The notes beneath the pieces were generated by a model. The model was not told the origin of the DNA and searched no databases. It was given only the letters and a program-made list of their open reading frames with translations. A stretch of DNA of 64,000 bases from a virus (taxonomy: Duplodnaviria > Caudoviricetes). Positions 1 to 11,500 of this stretch are shown piece by piece. The stretch is from IMG/VR virus record IMGVR_UViG_3300020420_000671, one strand, 5' to 3'. The number at the start of each line of letters is the position of its first letter. Position 1 is the first letter of the stretch. The position numbers and the translations under genes are program-made.

Positions 1-3000
1 TCAAAATTTGTTAATCTAACAATACAAAAACCATTCCAAATATCAGATACTGTATGCTCTGTATTGTTTAGATAATCAAAACTTAAATTTAAAACTGGTT
101 CTGGGTCTTGTCTTGTGCCACTGTTATATAAAGTGTTCGCCCACATTCTAAATTTATCTCCAACTTGATATGTGGCTCCATGCTGTAACTCTGTTCTTAC
201 AAACCATCTTGTATCAATAACGTTTGAAGAAGTAGCTCCATTATAATAACTTAATATACCATAAAATGAATTTCTAGAAGGTTCGGTTGTTTGTTGTAAT
301 ACTACTGTATCTAAAATATTTGTAAAAGGACTAGGTGTGCTAGGCGCACCCTCTTCCGCTAAAGTAAGATCTTGAACAACTAAATTAGGATTAGTTTCTA
401 TTAAGTTTGTAGTGCTAAATGTGCTTCCTAAAGATATTTGCCACCAACCTGTATGATAATCATCACCTATATGATTTACGGTTGTAAAGGATCCAACAGT
501 AACATTGTTACGTTGTACCGTACCTGATGTTTGTAGTTCTCCATTTACATTATTTAGATATAGTATCATTTTGTTATCAGAATCTATAAATCTATAAGCT
601 ACGTTTGCTCTAGCTGTTTCTGTTGTTATTTCATCTCCTACATCTGGTACATCAAGTGCACTTATGACTTCTATAACCATTTTAATTTTGTTAACAATAA
701 TATGGTTACCGTTTATAAAGGCGTCATTAATTACAGCGTCATTGTTAAAAGGTGATACACCTGACAGGGCACCAGTTTTGTACTGATTCCATTTTAATGT
801 TAAAATGTCACCTGCTTTTGATGCTTCCCATTGTTGTGTTTCCGCTCTCACTAAAATATGATCTGTACTCGCATCTGGCATACTGTGATTACCACGCATC
901 ATGTATACTATTGTGGGATAGCCTTGTGTGTTTGAATCATAATCATTTTCAGCCGCTTGTGCGTTTGAAGCATGATTAATACAACTTTGTACAGCCTGAG
1001 ATTCTATTATTCTATCTGCTTGCCAAAGTTGTTCTTTGTATAGGACAACATCGCCCCTTACATAAGCAGTTTGATTATTATAGTCTCCTTTATAAGAACT
1101 TTTAGTATTAGAAGCTTCTGGCGAACCAACAGCTAACCATTTACCATCTGGACTTAAAGAAGCACTAGTACCAAAGCCTCCGTTTTGATCAAAGTAAAAA
1201 GCATCTTCGTCTATTTGTTGTAATAAATTATAGTCCGTAGCTTCACTTGGTCTATTGTAGATATAAACACTTCCATTTAGATCTTTTGGAGCAGTAATTG
1301 CCATTAGATTATTTTGATCATTAACACTAATACTTGACCCGAAATCTTTTTGTGTGCTATCTAATAATCCTGCTGTAGTATTAACAATATTAGGTTTAAG
1401 CTCATATACCTGTTTGTAATTTAAGACAAGCCATTTACCAGTATCATCGTCGTCCACCCAGATCCTATCAGTATTTAAATTTTCACTTCCAATTGAAAAA
1501 GACCTTGAACCTTCGCCTTGTATGCTATCATTTGCTTCACTTAATTTTGTTAATCTAACGTTTTTAAATCTTGTAATAAATCCATTTGCTGTAGCTGTAG
1601 CTGTAATATTTTTTGTAGCTTCGTGTTCTAAAGTAATTACATTAAGAGATATACTTTTTATTTTGTAATAACCGTCAGTGTCTGTATCAATATCGTTGAC
1701 AGCTACTATGTCCCCTACTTCAAAATTTGTACCTTTATCTAAAGTAACAGTAAAGCTATTATCTACTGTATCAGTTGTGCTTTTAATTTTATATTCTGTT
1801 GGAATATATTTGTATACTCCCCAAGTTTTTTGTGACTTGTCAATTGCTGTCCAGACGTATTCTCCTCCCTTTAGATTTCCTAAAGTTTGTGTGGTGAGGT
1901 CTGTATAATTTAATAACTGTAAATTGACATCTAAAGGATTAACATATCCTGCGGACTTAACAAACATACTATCATCGTTATAGTACTTTGTTGGAAAAGG
2001 TTGATGGTTATAATTTTTAGATTTAGCGTAAACTCCATTTCTATCAAGTCTATATACTAAACTTGTATCTTGTGGATTCACTTCATTTACTAGTTCAACC
2101 GGTTGTGGTTCTAATCTATATTTTTCTTCGTCAAATAATAATTCAAATTGATCGTTACCTGTTGTTGCTCCATAACGTCCTGCTCTAATAGCCCACTCTT
2201 CAAAATATTCAATACTATCTTTGTTAGCACTTCCTAGTTTATCAAATAGTTTGTTTAAGACATTTCTTGTTCCTTTATCTTGAACCATTCCTTGGAAAAA
2301 TTTATATTGACTGACATCATCAGGAATAATGTTTTCAAGATACTTTCTCTTTTGATATCCTATCATATGTTGTGCTAACTTTTGCTGTTCCGTATCAAAG
2401 TTATCACTATCAAGATCATAAAAATCAGCAAACTGTCTAGCTTTGTAATCAAGATTTGGAAGTAATTGTTGTTCAGGTTTTCCATCTAATAACACAAAGT
2501 TACTTGCGTCAAATCTCAATGTGCCAGCCACATTATTTTTAGCCACATAATAAAATTCTTTATTTTGTACAATATCTCCAATTTTATAATCTTGATAAGA
2601 TGTCCATTCGTTAATAAAAGCATCGTCGAATATAAATCCAGGAACATTTAGAGATCCATTCCATTCATCAGATCTATAACCTTTAATTTTTAATCTTTCT
2701 TGCCTATAACCCTGTGGGCGATTATATATTACATCATTGAATACAGTAGTGTTATCTATTACAATAGCATGTTCTGTTTGAACAACTGGAACCTTGATAT
2801 GATATATTCCTTGATCTGTATTTTTGACATATATTCCAAAAACATTTGTGTTATCTCTTTCCGTTGTAGCAAAATCTGCTAATAATCTTTTTCCGTCTGC
2901 TTGTAGTAAACTATAATCGTAAAAATTATCATAAATGTCGTCCACAACAGTATACGGTTTTTCAAAGTATACTTGTCTAGCCGAAGGACTTATTGTAAGT

Positions 3001-6000
3001 ACAGCTCCTTCGCTCCAGTTTTGTGTAGACCAAAACATAAATTCTTTAGCACTTAAAGCCCAATTTTCTATCTCTTCTAAATCTTTGTTAAATGTATTAA
3101 ACTGAAACCCAACTGTTTTTAAATATTGTTCATATCCAATAATTAAATCAACTACGCCTTGTATATCCTCAAATACAGTTCCGTAATCAGTTTTTTGTAA
3201 TGTTGTATCAAATGTCTTAGAGAAATAAGCATTTGCTCCTCCTTCAGAAGGTAATTCTTCTAATCTTGTAAAGAAACTTAAATCTATTGCTCCTCCTGAT
3301 GTGTGTCCTGTGTTTGTTCTATAAAAGATACCATTGTTTTCTACAATTTGTCCTAGTGAATAAGTTTTGCCAGTATCAAATGTAACAAAGTCTTCACTTA
3401 TTCCACCAACATTAACTAGTATGTCATTTTGTTTTCTAAGAACTGGAAATGTATTAAAATATGGTCTGTCTTTATCATAACCTTTTACAATAAACCCAGT
3501 TGGAATTTTTTCTATTATCATACCGCTGTATGAATATACATCCAAAGGAATACTTTTTGTTAGAACAACACTATAGTTTTCTTCAGGAACAAAAATATTA
3601 CCTTCATTTTTTGGATTCCTACTATCTAGTATAAGCCTAAATTTATTTTTTTGTGTGAATCCGCCAATTTTATGTCCTAATTTATTTTCTAAACTACCTA
3701 GTCTAGTTTTATATGTTTTAAAACTGATGTCATCATTTCCTGCTAGGAAACCCTGCATATAATTTACTAATCCCGCAGTAAAAACTCTTGTAGTATCACT
3801 AGGCAAATTAGGAAATTTAATATCTTTTAAATTTATCCTTTTAGAAGTATCTGAATAAACAAGTTGTCCTGCTAAATTTCTTGCTATTCTACTTCTATCA
3901 AATGCTACGCCAAATAATTGTGCTGGTTGTCTAAGCATCCATGCTCTGATAAAAGCAAACGGATAATGAGAACTTCTTCTCCATGCTGTTTCCACAGGAC
4001 TTTCATCACCAAACTTAAAGCTGTCGTCATAATTACTTGCTATACCGCCTCGTAAATATCCTGTAGATACTGGATCTAAAATATTTCCTTGTGAATCTAC
4101 AGGAATATATTTTGTCAAATCTTTTATTTTAAATTTTCTTCTGTATTCAATTTTTTTATTGGGTTCTCTTACTATTCCTTTTTCTAGATCTTGCCATAAA
4201 GATAAATTATTGCTAGTATAAGGCGCTGGACCGTAAGTTGTATCAAACCAAGATGGTTTAATTTTGTATCCTAAACATTCCCAAGGATGTGTATGAGGTC
4301 GATCTGTATTGTAATAGTCTTTAAAAATTGCTCTCCATCCACCTGGTACAGCGTTACTGTCAGGATCAGAATGTTTGTAAAAATTTATACTAAAATTATT
4401 GCCGTTTTTATAATAGCTGTTAGTTGTATAATCCGGATTACCTACAGTTTCTAACCAACGATTGAAATCAGCAATCATAATATCAGCAGTTCTGTATCTA
4501 TCAAATGCCGTAGGTTGTGATTTAGAATTCAAAAAGTCTTGAATATCTATGATAGACTCATCGTAATCAATTTTAATGTTGTTATAAATCCTTTTTTCAA
4601 GATCAAGTATAAGTTCATCCCTATAATCTCCAAAGCATCTCCAAATAGATCCGTCATGACCTTGTATTACAGGTTGAGCCGCAGGCCATTCATCAAACAA
4701 ATTGCTGTCATTATCAGCATGATTCATAGAACTGGTTGGCATGAACCATAATCTGTTATCACCAGCAAAAGTATGAGTATGAGCAATTCCAGTTCCACCA
4801 TTGCTTTTGTCGTATGCTTGTGCGGATACTTCATCTGTAAATAAAGGATAAAACCAACCTACTTTATTTTTGTAAGATTGTGTAGTTGTAGTGTCTCTAC
4901 CATATACTTTATATGGGCCTGTTGAATCCGGAATCGAAGATATGTATGTTGTGTCCAACATTATTTCTGGAACATATTTAGGATACAAACCAAGTTTAGT
5001 AGGTGTAGGACTAATCCAACATCCGTCGGTAGATTCGTATTCATATATCTTAAGAATTTGATCAGCTGTGACAGATATCTTTAATTCTACAAAAGCATCA
5101 GGATCAATAGTATAATCAATGTCTTTGACCAATTGCTTATCGTCAAGATATACTAAAATAGCATTTTCATTAAGTTTAGTAAAACTAACTGCTCTGCTAA
5201 TAGGAAAAATTGTTTGCGAAGAATCTTCTATTTTAAATTCTGCTAAAGTGTCTCCACCAAAAGGAACCATATCACTAAAATAAAATGGATCTTGTTTTGT
5301 ATTTGTTTCAAATATTTTGTCTAAAATTTTGTCTACATGTATTTTTGTATCACCGTTAAATCCTAGTTCATCAGCAGTTTTTAAAAATTCTCTTTTAAAT
5401 TTTATATATTCCAAACCGGCATAATTTACAGCCCTATTCATATCAAATTCTTTTGTGGTTAGATTGAACATTGGTAGGTTTATTGGTCCTGAATGCTGTA
5501 AAAATTTTAAACCAAAATTAGATGTTGGTCCTAAATCTCGTAAGTTTCCTGCGCCAGGATAAACTCCTGTGAAGTCGCTTACATTACTGACAATACTATC
5601 AACATGATCGATTACTTCTCCTAATGTAAATGTAACAACATTCTCATTCATAGGATTTTTTTCTAAATTAATAGGAAATTTATAATGCCCTCTTTGATTT
5701 TTTTGTGTGCTAGATACTGTTTCAATTACTACTTTTTCATCATCTGCTAAATCAGTGTTGAATCTTACGTAGGCATATCTATTGATTCTATCTATTGTAT
5801 ATGTAGAATCCTCTACTTGTAAAACGTTGTTGAGATAAACTTTTATCTTTAAATCATTTAAATCTCCACTGTTATCATATACGTCAATAATAAAGTTATT
5901 GTTTCTTGGTCCGGTAGTATATTGTTTAACCACAGGCTGTGCTGACAAAGATTTTGCTTTGATCCAACCTGTAACATTTGTATACGTGCTTATATCGGTA

Positions 6001-7916
6001 TACTTACGTAAAATGCCAGTATCAGTACTTGCTGTAATTACATCAGCAACTTGATCATAATTATAAGTATCACTTAATAAATTAAAATCAAAAGTGATAT
6101 CACCACTATTTTCTATAGTTCTATATGTTAGTGGAAAACCTAATTCTGTATCATTAGTGCCTGTACCTTCCTTGTAAGAAAACAATTTATTTCCTTTGAA
6201 AGTGCTTCCTTCTAAAGTGTTAAGTGCGACGCCAGTATCATTAAATAGATCAAACAACGGTGATTGATTGATAGCTGTTTTATTTTGGCCTAGTTTCCAC
6301 CCAGTGCCTGTATAATAATAGATTTTACCTTTATTTTTATCTCCAGATTTAACTAAAACAGTTTGATTTGTGCTAGGTGTAGTATCAGTAGTTTCTACAA
6401 GTGTAATTTGATTATTACTATTTTGGCTTATAAACTTAACTTCATAAATTTTTCCATTTACGAAACTATCAGGATCAGCTGTAAACAGCACACGCATTCC
6501 TTGAACCAATTCTGTGCCGTCAACAAAGTATCCTGGGCTTCCTTCTATATTTGAAAATACGTCTGTAGTAACTGTATCAATTACGTCTACGGATTTTTTA
6601 GCAAAAGTTCCAAAGTCGTAAAGTTTCAATCCAGCGTCAAATTCAATAATAGGTCGAATTGCTCTAAAATTTTGATCTAGAGTAGTTGCTACTTCATTAA
6701 TTTTAGCAGTCACATCAATAACATCTTTGTGCGTCCATTTATTATATCTGGACCATTGATTTCTGTCTTTTGAAGCTCTGTTAATTACGATGTAATCTTT
6801 TTTATCAGCGTATGATACAGCATCATCAAAAGGAAAGTCATCAAATCCTCCTTCATCAAATTCTATATCCTGATCCTGTAGGTACCCTGCGGTAATTTCA
6901 ATATCAGATTCTGATATTAATTGTATTGAATCTCCCACACCTTCAACATACCAATAGCCTTCTGCGTATTTTGTTGGATTTAGGTTGCCATAAAACTTTA
7001 CTTTCATTCCATTTGATAAATCATATCCGTTGGTCATTGTGTATGATTTTTTACCAACAATATCTTTATCAACGTCTAGAAACGTATTATCTATGATATC
7101 CTTTATTATTATAAGTCCTGAAGCTTCAATGTTGTTAGAATCAACATAGTACAATACTCCAGGAGATTCTAAATCTACTGTAAATTCTAAAACTCCATCT
7201 TCTGTTTTCTGTCCTGTAATACCTTTTGTGTATAGGTTGTTATCATTTGTAATATCTACAGATGTTCTAATTGAAAATGGCATGTCTACAGTATCTACTT
7301 CAAATCTATAAGTCTGTCCTTTATATAAAGTTAGTGTAGGATTTCCTGTAGGATTATCTTGATTAAAAACATAAGCGTCGTTGTCCAAATTTACTTGTTT
7401 TGTAACTTTGTATGTGCTTTTTACATTTCTAAATGACCCGTATACTGGAATAGCATCTGGACCGCCCGGTAACCAATAATACTCTCTAAAGTTTGTAAAC
7501 TTATCCCAATTGATATGTGGATTCCAAGCATAATATTCTTGGGAAAATAATGCATCATGATTGCTAGTATCAACGCCACGAATCTTTATGCTGTTATATA
7601 AATCTCTATAATCTCTATAGAAAATATTATTACCAACAGAATCATTAATTACAGAAACAGGTTCTAATTGATATTGATCTCTATCTAAACTTATTTCAGA
7701 TACATAATTGTCACTAGCCTTAAAGGCCTTGGCATCTTTCCTACCTACGTATCCGTCAACCTTTTCTACGCTACCTGGCTGTACTAATTGATCTAGTGTG
7801 CTTGATAAGAATTTTTTATTTGCTACTGTGCGATAATAACGTGGCAGTAAATCGGCAGATCTTCTTTTATTTTTATCTGCGTCATTTACTGGAATAGCAT
7901 TTTCATCTTGTGCCAT
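1..7916 (-). CDS. Giant virion/baseplate structural protein, partial (>2638 aa, runs off window start)
   Basis: ATG at 7916 overlaps the upstream TAA (TAATG) and reads MAQDENAIPVNDADKNKRRSADLLPRYYRTVANKKFL. The same frame is open at the window edge (..EHTVSDIWNGFCIVRLTNF). The ORF track lists no long minus ORF here, as expected if there is no stop in the window. Contains FG-GAP-like repeats (FGSSISVNDQNNLMAITAP, GFGTSASLSPDGKWLAVGSP) and W..Y..GDIV-type carbohydrate-binding-like repeats. Confidence 0.85.
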   Translation of the reverse strand, partial: MAQDENAIPVNDADKNKRRSADLLPRYYRTVANKKFLSSTLDQLVQPGSVEKVDGYVGRKDAKAFKASDNYVSEISLDRDQYQLEPVSVINDSVGNNIFYRDYRDLYNSIKIRGVDTSNHDALFSQEYYAWNPHINWDKFTNFREYYWLPGGPDAIPVYGSFRNVKSTYKVTKQVNLDNDAYVFNQDNPTGNPTLTLYKGQTYRFEVDTVDMPFSIRTSVDITNDNNLYTKGITGQKTEDGVLEFTVDLESPGVLYYVDSNNIEASGLIIIKDIIDNTFLDVDKDIVGKKSYTMTNGYDLSNGMKVKFYGNLNPTKYAEGYWYVEGVGDSIQLISESDIEITAGYLQDQDIEFDEGGFDDFPFDDAVSYADKKDYIVINRASKDRNQWSRYNKWTHKDVIDVTAKINEVATTLDQNFRAIRPIIEFDAGLKLYDFGTFAKKSVDVIDTVTTDVFSNIEGSPGYFVDGTELVQGMRVLFTADPDSFVNGKIYEVKFISQNSNNQITLVETTDTTPSTNQTVLVKSGDKNKGKIYYYTGTGWKLGQNKTAINQSPLFDLFNDTGVALNTLEGSTFKGNKLFSYKEGTGTNDTELGFPLTYRTIENSGDITFDFNLLSDTYNYDQVADVITASTDTGILRKYTDISTYTNVTGWIKAKSLSAQPVVKQYTTGPRNNNFIIDVYDNSGDLNDLKIKVYLNNVLQVEDSTYTIDRINRYAYVRFNTDLADDEKVVIETVSSTQKNQRGHYKFPINLEKNPMNENVVTFTLGEVIDHVDSIVSNVSDFTGVYPGAGNLRDLGPTSNFGLKFLQHSGPINLPMFNLTTKEFDMNRAVNYAGLEYIKFKREFLKTADELGFNGDTKIHVDKILDKIFETNTKQDPFYFSDMVPFGGDTLAEFKIEDSSQTIFPISRAVSFTKLNENAILVYLDDKQLVKDIDYTIDPDAFVELKISVTADQILKIYEYESTDGCWISPTPTKLGLYPKYVPEIMLDTTYISSIPDSTGPYKVYGRDTTTTQSYKNKVGWFYPLFTDEVSAQAYDKSNGGTGIAHTHTFAGDNRLWFMPTSSMNHADNDSNLFDEWPAAQPVIQGHDGSIWRCFGDYRDELILDLEKRIYNNIKIDYDESIIDIQDFLNSKSQPTAFDRYRTADIMIADFNRWLETVGNPDYTTNSYYKNGNNFSINFYKHSDPDSNAVPGGWRAIFKDYYNTDRPHTHPWECLGYKIKPSWFDTTYGPAPYTSNNLSLWQDLEKGIVREPNKKIEYRRKFKIKDLTKYIPVDSQGNILDPVSTGYLRGGIASNYDDSFKFGDESPVETAWRRSSHYPFAFIRAWMLRQPAQLFGVAFDRSRIARNLAGQLVYSDTSKRINLKDIKFPNLPSDTTRVFTAGLVNYMQGFLAGNDDISFKTYKTRLGSLENKLGHKIGGFTQKNKFRLILDSRNPKNEGNIFVPEENYSVVLTKSIPLDVYSYSGMIIEKIPTGFIVKGYDKDRPYFNTFPVLRKQNDILVNVGGISEDFVTFDTGKTYSLGQIVENNGIFYRTNTGHTSGGAIDLSFFTRLEELPSEGGANAYFSKTFDTTLQKTDYGTVFEDIQGVVDLIIGYEQYLKTVGFQFNTFNKDLEEIENWALSAKEFMFWSTQNWSEGAVLTISPSARQVYFEKPYTVVDDIYDNFYDYSLLQADGKRLLADFATTERDNTNVFGIYVKNTDQGIYHIKVPVVQTEHAIVIDNTTVFNDVIYNRPQGYRQERLKIKGYRSDEWNGSLNVPGFIFDDAFINEWTSYQDYKIGDIVQNKEFYYVAKNNVAGTLRFDASNFVLLDGKPEQQLLPNLDYKARQFADFYDLDSDNFDTEQQKLAQHMIGYQKRKYLENIIPDDVSQYKFFQGMVQDKGTRNVLNKLFDKLGSANKDSIEYFEEWAIRAGRYGATTGNDQFELLFDEEKYRLEPQPVELVNEVNPQDTSLVYRLDRNGVYAKSKNYNHQPFPTKYYNDDSMFVKSAGYVNPLDVNLQLLNYTDLTTQTLGNLKGGEYVWTAIDKSQKTWGVYKYIPTEYKIKSTTDTVDNSFTVTLDKGTNFEVGDIVAVNDIDTDTDGYYKIKSISLNVITLEHEATKNITATATANGFITRFKNVRLTKLSEANDSIQGEGSRSFSIGSENLNTDRIWVDDDDTGKWLVLNYKQVYELKPNIVNTTAGLLDSTQKDFGSSISVNDQNNLMAITAPKDLNGSVYIYNRPSEATDYNLLQQIDEDAFYFDQNGGFGTSASLSPDGKWLAVGSPEASNTKSSYKGDYNNQTAYVRGDVVLYKEQLWQADRIIESQAVQSCINHASNAQAAENDYDSNTQGYPTIVYMMRGNHSMPDASTDHILVRAETQQWEASKAGDILTLKWNQYKTGALSGVSPFNNDAVINDAFINGNHIIVNKIKMVIEVISALDVPDVGDEITTETARANVAYRFIDSDNKMILYLNNVNGELQTSGTVQRNNVTVGSFTTVNHIGDDYHTGWWQISLGSTFSTTNLIETNPNLVVQDLTLAEEGAPSTPSPFTNILDTVVLQQTTEPSRNSFYGILSYYNGATSSNVIDTRWFVRTELQHGATYQVGDKFRMWANTLYNSGTRQDPEPVLNLSFDYLNNTEHTVSDIWNGFCIVRLTNF

Positions 7917-10900
7917 TAGTATCCATAGCCTCCGCCGCCTCCGCCGGAACTACCGCCTCCACCGCTAGATCCGCCGCCTCCTGAACTACCTGAACTACCT
8001 GAACTAGAACTGCTAGAGCTTGAACTGCTAGAGCTTGAACTTGTAGTTGTAGTTGAAGTTGCTGTGCTTGTGGTGGTGCTTGACAAAGCTGTACTTTGTA
8101 TACCAGCATTGGTTGTGCTAGTGCTTGTAATAACTTTGCCAGACGCTTGAATTCTAGAAGCCGTAATAGAATCTATTATTTCTACATCTTGAACAGTAGC
8201 ATCACTCACAAAAATTTCATCATTTTCGCTTTTTATTTCAATTAAGCTACCAAAGGCCAGTGTGCCTAGTTTTGGTACAATTATAAGATTAACTATATCA
8301 GGAGCAAGTGCGTTCGTAACATAGGTAGCTAATTCTGTGAAGTGAAATGTTTCGCCAAAATCCCAATTCTGTAAAGAAAAATATCTGTTTATAGCTGAAA
8401 TTATTCTTACTTTTACATCATTGTCATTTATTACTGCTTCTGGATTTTTTACTACCTTGAATACTGCTTGTAAATTTTCTCCTGCTTTGGAGCCAAATAA
8501 TACTTTGTATTTTACTGGATGATAGATAATTTCATCACTTATCGCTTTTACTTTGTTTATTTCTGTGCCGTATTGTTGAAACAATTCATCACTGCTAGGT
8601 GGTAACGGCATGTTTGTAATATTTCCTGCTAGATAGGATCTATATTGAACATCATATGATCTTGTAAGTAGATATACATCTATAATATTTGACGCACTAG
8701 GATCTATACGATTGCTTTCATTGGCACTATGGATATAGTGAAATTTTAAATCACTTCTTCCAATAAATGCTTGATAATCACTTGTGAGATTCAAAGCGTT
8801 ATTGTTTAAAATTTTAAAGTTTTTCTGGTCAAGTATGTAAAAAACTTTACCATCAGTATATTGAGAGTAAGCTCCTATAGCTGTTTCTGTAGAAACAATG
8901 GATATTGAACTTCCATCAGCATAGTAATTAAATTTATTGAACCCTTGATTGCTATCTTCTTTTTTAAGAAAAACATATTTTGTTGTTGGATTTACTAATG
9001 GATCAACTATTACATCAAAAATATCAGGATCGTCTATTGACCCATCATCATTTAAGTCAAAGAATCCAACTTGTACTTTTTTGCTGTTAATATAACCATC
9101 TTGATTTTTATAATCAGAAACAATTTCCCAATTTATATCATTATTAAATTGTGTAAGAGCATCGGGCTTCGTATTAAAATTCATTACAGAAATTTTATCT
9201 TTTACTAATTGTCCAGTTGCTGAATCATATATTTTATTTTGTCCATCATAATAAAAACTTAATTCTGTATCACTTTCAAATATGTATCGTAATCCTCTGT
9301 TTGTAACTGTATATTTTTCACCGTCAGTTTCGAATAGAACAAACCAACTTGAATCTAACTGGTTGCCTGTTACGTCTCCAGTTTTACCATTGCTAAACGC
9401 ATCATTTATATTTAAATTTTCATTTATAATCACACGCCAAATTCTATTTACTTGATCGTATCGTAAGCCAAAAGTTTTATAAGCAAAAACTTGATCAATA
9501 ATTTGTGATCTCACATCTGCTGTGATGTCTTTAACTAATTTAGGTTTTACTTCTTGTATAATACTATTAGCAGGTAACACAGCATTTACGGTGATAGGAC
9601 CATCACCTGTTGTAGCATCAACTGTTGTACCTGATCCGGTAACGCTAATTACTTTTACCCATTTATAAGAAGTAGCTCCTTTTTTATTAGCATCACTTGT
9701 CAGTTCTCCGTTACCTATAAAATAAAATCCTGTAGGTGGAATAAACTTTAATAATGCTCCTGGTTCAACATATCTTAAAAATCCTGTAGTAAATGTGCCT
9801 ACTTGGAAGGGCACTAAATTTATATTTTCTAAAAGTCCTGTAGAACTATTAGAAGCTTTTGTTGACTGTTTCCATGTTGCGTTTAAGTCACTAACAATTA
9901 TTTTAGCAAAGTTACCTAAATAAAAATTTGTAGTGCTTCTTTGCTGTATTGTTGGTACAATTAAGTTTTCTATATTTCCTTCTATATCAGTTTGGTTAGA
10001 AAATGTAAAAGATTTCTTTTCCTCAAATGCTTCCTTATAAATTACTCCATCGCTTCCATAAAGATTTGTGCTAGAATATTTTCCGGTAACATCTTTCAAA
10101 TCAAAATATCTACTGATACCACTTGATATTCTGTTCGTAGATTTTACTTTTACAATTTCTTGATTAGTTGATGAAGGATAAACATTATAATCTTCCCCAG
10201 TAATCATTCTATTTTGTGTGTAATATGTTTGTGGAGCATTTACTCTAATACTAGCGTCTGTTTCACTAGGAGAAGCATTAGATACAGGAGACTTTAATTC
10301 TAAACCTAAAGTAAGCGTTTCTGTTGTACCTGATTTACTAGTGTAGTCTAATGCTACTTGTACATCAGTAATTTCTTCTGGTTTGATTCTTAAACTTCTA
10401 TTAGCACTTGTTCTGTAAAATACTTGAAACTGTCCACTTGGTGCGTTACCAAATGTTCCATCAGCAAAAACTAAACTTACTTGATCATCTGCTCTTGTCT
10501 GTACAACATAAAAATCTCTAACTGCTTTATTAATACTGTTGTAAATGGCATTATTTCCTTCTGTGGAATCAACCTTTGTCCAAACTTTTTCTACTATACC
10601 TCCGGATGATAATTTTGTAAGCCATACATCTGTATCATTAATGTTATCTGCTTCAATAGTAATTCTTTGATTGGCAACAACATTGCCTATATCGAACACA
10701 CTATTTTGTAACGTACCTTGTCTAAAATGACAAAAGTATCCTGTATTAGAACTATTGTTTCCTCTTCCATCTTCTCTATACATAAATTGTAAAGCATTAC
10801 CTTCTATAGGAGTTTCTTCTTTCAAAGTTAAACTTACTTCGTCTATGTCAGTAGATACTATTTCGAACTGAGATGGTAAACCGTTTACTGTTTTTGTAAA

Positions 10901-11500
10901 TCCATAAACTGGTACTGCTGTTGTGTTTTGATTAAATCTATATGCCTGTGTCAATATACCATTTATATTTTTCGATTTTCTTGGTTTTCCTATTGTGTTA
11001 TTAGAAGGTAAAGCTGAATTCAAAACTCTTCTAAACTGTTCTGCCCAATTTGTATTACTAGGATCGTTCCATATTATAGTTTGATTAGATAAATTAGCAC
11101 CGTTACTATCTACTATGGACTCTGTTGTTGAAACAGTATCAAATTTCAATAAGCCGTTTGCGGCTCTGTTCCTTCTAGGATTATATGACAGCAATCTTGC
11201 TAGTCTTAAGACAGACTCTCTTCTTTCAGCAAGTTCTAAAAAGTTTTCTCTTGAATTTAAATCAACACGATAAGAAATATTTTGGCCTAAAAATGCTATA
11301 ATATCTATTAAAGCTAAAAATTCACTCGTTTCAATATAATCATTAAAGTCCTCAGGATAGTTGTTCCTGAGATACGTAATCATGACTCTTCTTAAAGAGT
11401 CAAAATCATAACTTTTAAATTCTGCGTTGCGAAAACTTTGGTATACTTTTGACCAATCTTCAGCAAGTAGTAGTCTATTTTGTCTATCTGTGGACGACAT
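7916..11500 (-). CDS. Baseplate wedge subunit (T4 gp6-like)
   Basis: N-terminus SYDFDSLRRVMITYLRNNYPEDFNDYIETSEF..LAERRESVLRLARLLSY and QNRMITGEDY resemble the gp6/baseplate-J family; adjacent to a gp25-like gene. Confidence 0.8.
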   Translation of the reverse strand: MSSTDRQNRLLLAEDWSKVYQSFRNAEFKSYDFDSLRRVMITYLRNNYPEDFNDYIETSEFLALIDIIAFLGQNISYRVDLNSRENFLELAERRESVLRLARLLSYNPRRNRAANGLLKFDTVSTTESIVDSNGANLSNQTIIWNDPSNTNWAEQFRRVLNSALPSNNTIGKPRKSKNINGILTQAYRFNQNTTAVPVYGFTKTVNGLPSQFEIVSTDIDEVSLTLKEETPIEGNALQFMYREDGRGNNSSNTGYFCHFRQGTLQNSVFDIGNVVANQRITIEADNINDTDVWLTKLSSGGIVEKVWTKVDSTEGNNAIYNSINKAVRDFYVVQTRADDQVSLVFADGTFGNAPSGQFQVFYRTSANRSLRIKPEEITDVQVALDYTSKSGTTETLTLGLELKSPVSNASPSETDASIRVNAPQTYYTQNRMITGEDYNVYPSSTNQEIVKVKSTNRISSGISRYFDLKDVTGKYSSTNLYGSDGVIYKEAFEEKKSFTFSNQTDIEGNIENLIVPTIQQRSTTNFYLGNFAKIIVSDLNATWKQSTKASNSSTGLLENINLVPFQVGTFTTGFLRYVEPGALLKFIPPTGFYFIGNGELTSDANKKGATSYKWVKVISVTGSGTTVDATTGDGPITVNAVLPANSIIQEVKPKLVKDITADVRSQIIDQVFAYKTFGLRYDQVNRIWRVIINENLNINDAFSNGKTGDVTGNQLDSSWFVLFETDGEKYTVTNRGLRYIFESDTELSFYYDGQNKIYDSATGQLVKDKISVMNFNTKPDALTQFNNDINWEIVSDYKNQDGYINSKKVQVGFFDLNDDGSIDDPDIFDVIVDPLVNPTTKYVFLKKEDSNQGFNKFNYYADGSSISIVSTETAIGAYSQYTDGKVFYILDQKNFKILNNNALNLTSDYQAFIGRSDLKFHYIHSANESNRIDPSASNIIDVYLLTRSYDVQYRSYLAGNITNMPLPPSSDELFQQYGTEINKVKAISDEIIYHPVKYKVLFGSKAGENLQAVFKVVKNPEAVINDNDVKVRIISAINRYFSLQNWDFGETFHFTELATYVTNALAPDIVNLIIVPKLGTLAFGSLIEIKSENDEIFVSDATVQDVEIIDSITASRIQASGKVITSTSTTNAGIQSTALSSTTTSTATSTTTTSSSSSSSSSSSSSSGSSGSSGGGGSSGGGGSSGGGGGGYGY
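7919..8110 (-). repeat. Low-complexity Thr/Ser/Gly coding tail (S-run, SSGGGG x3, ending GYGY)
   Basis: Tandem units on the + strand (gaactacct, gaactgctagagctt) encode STTTTSSSSSSSSSSSSSSGSSGSSGGGGSSGGGGSSGGGGGGYGY. Confidence 0.9.
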
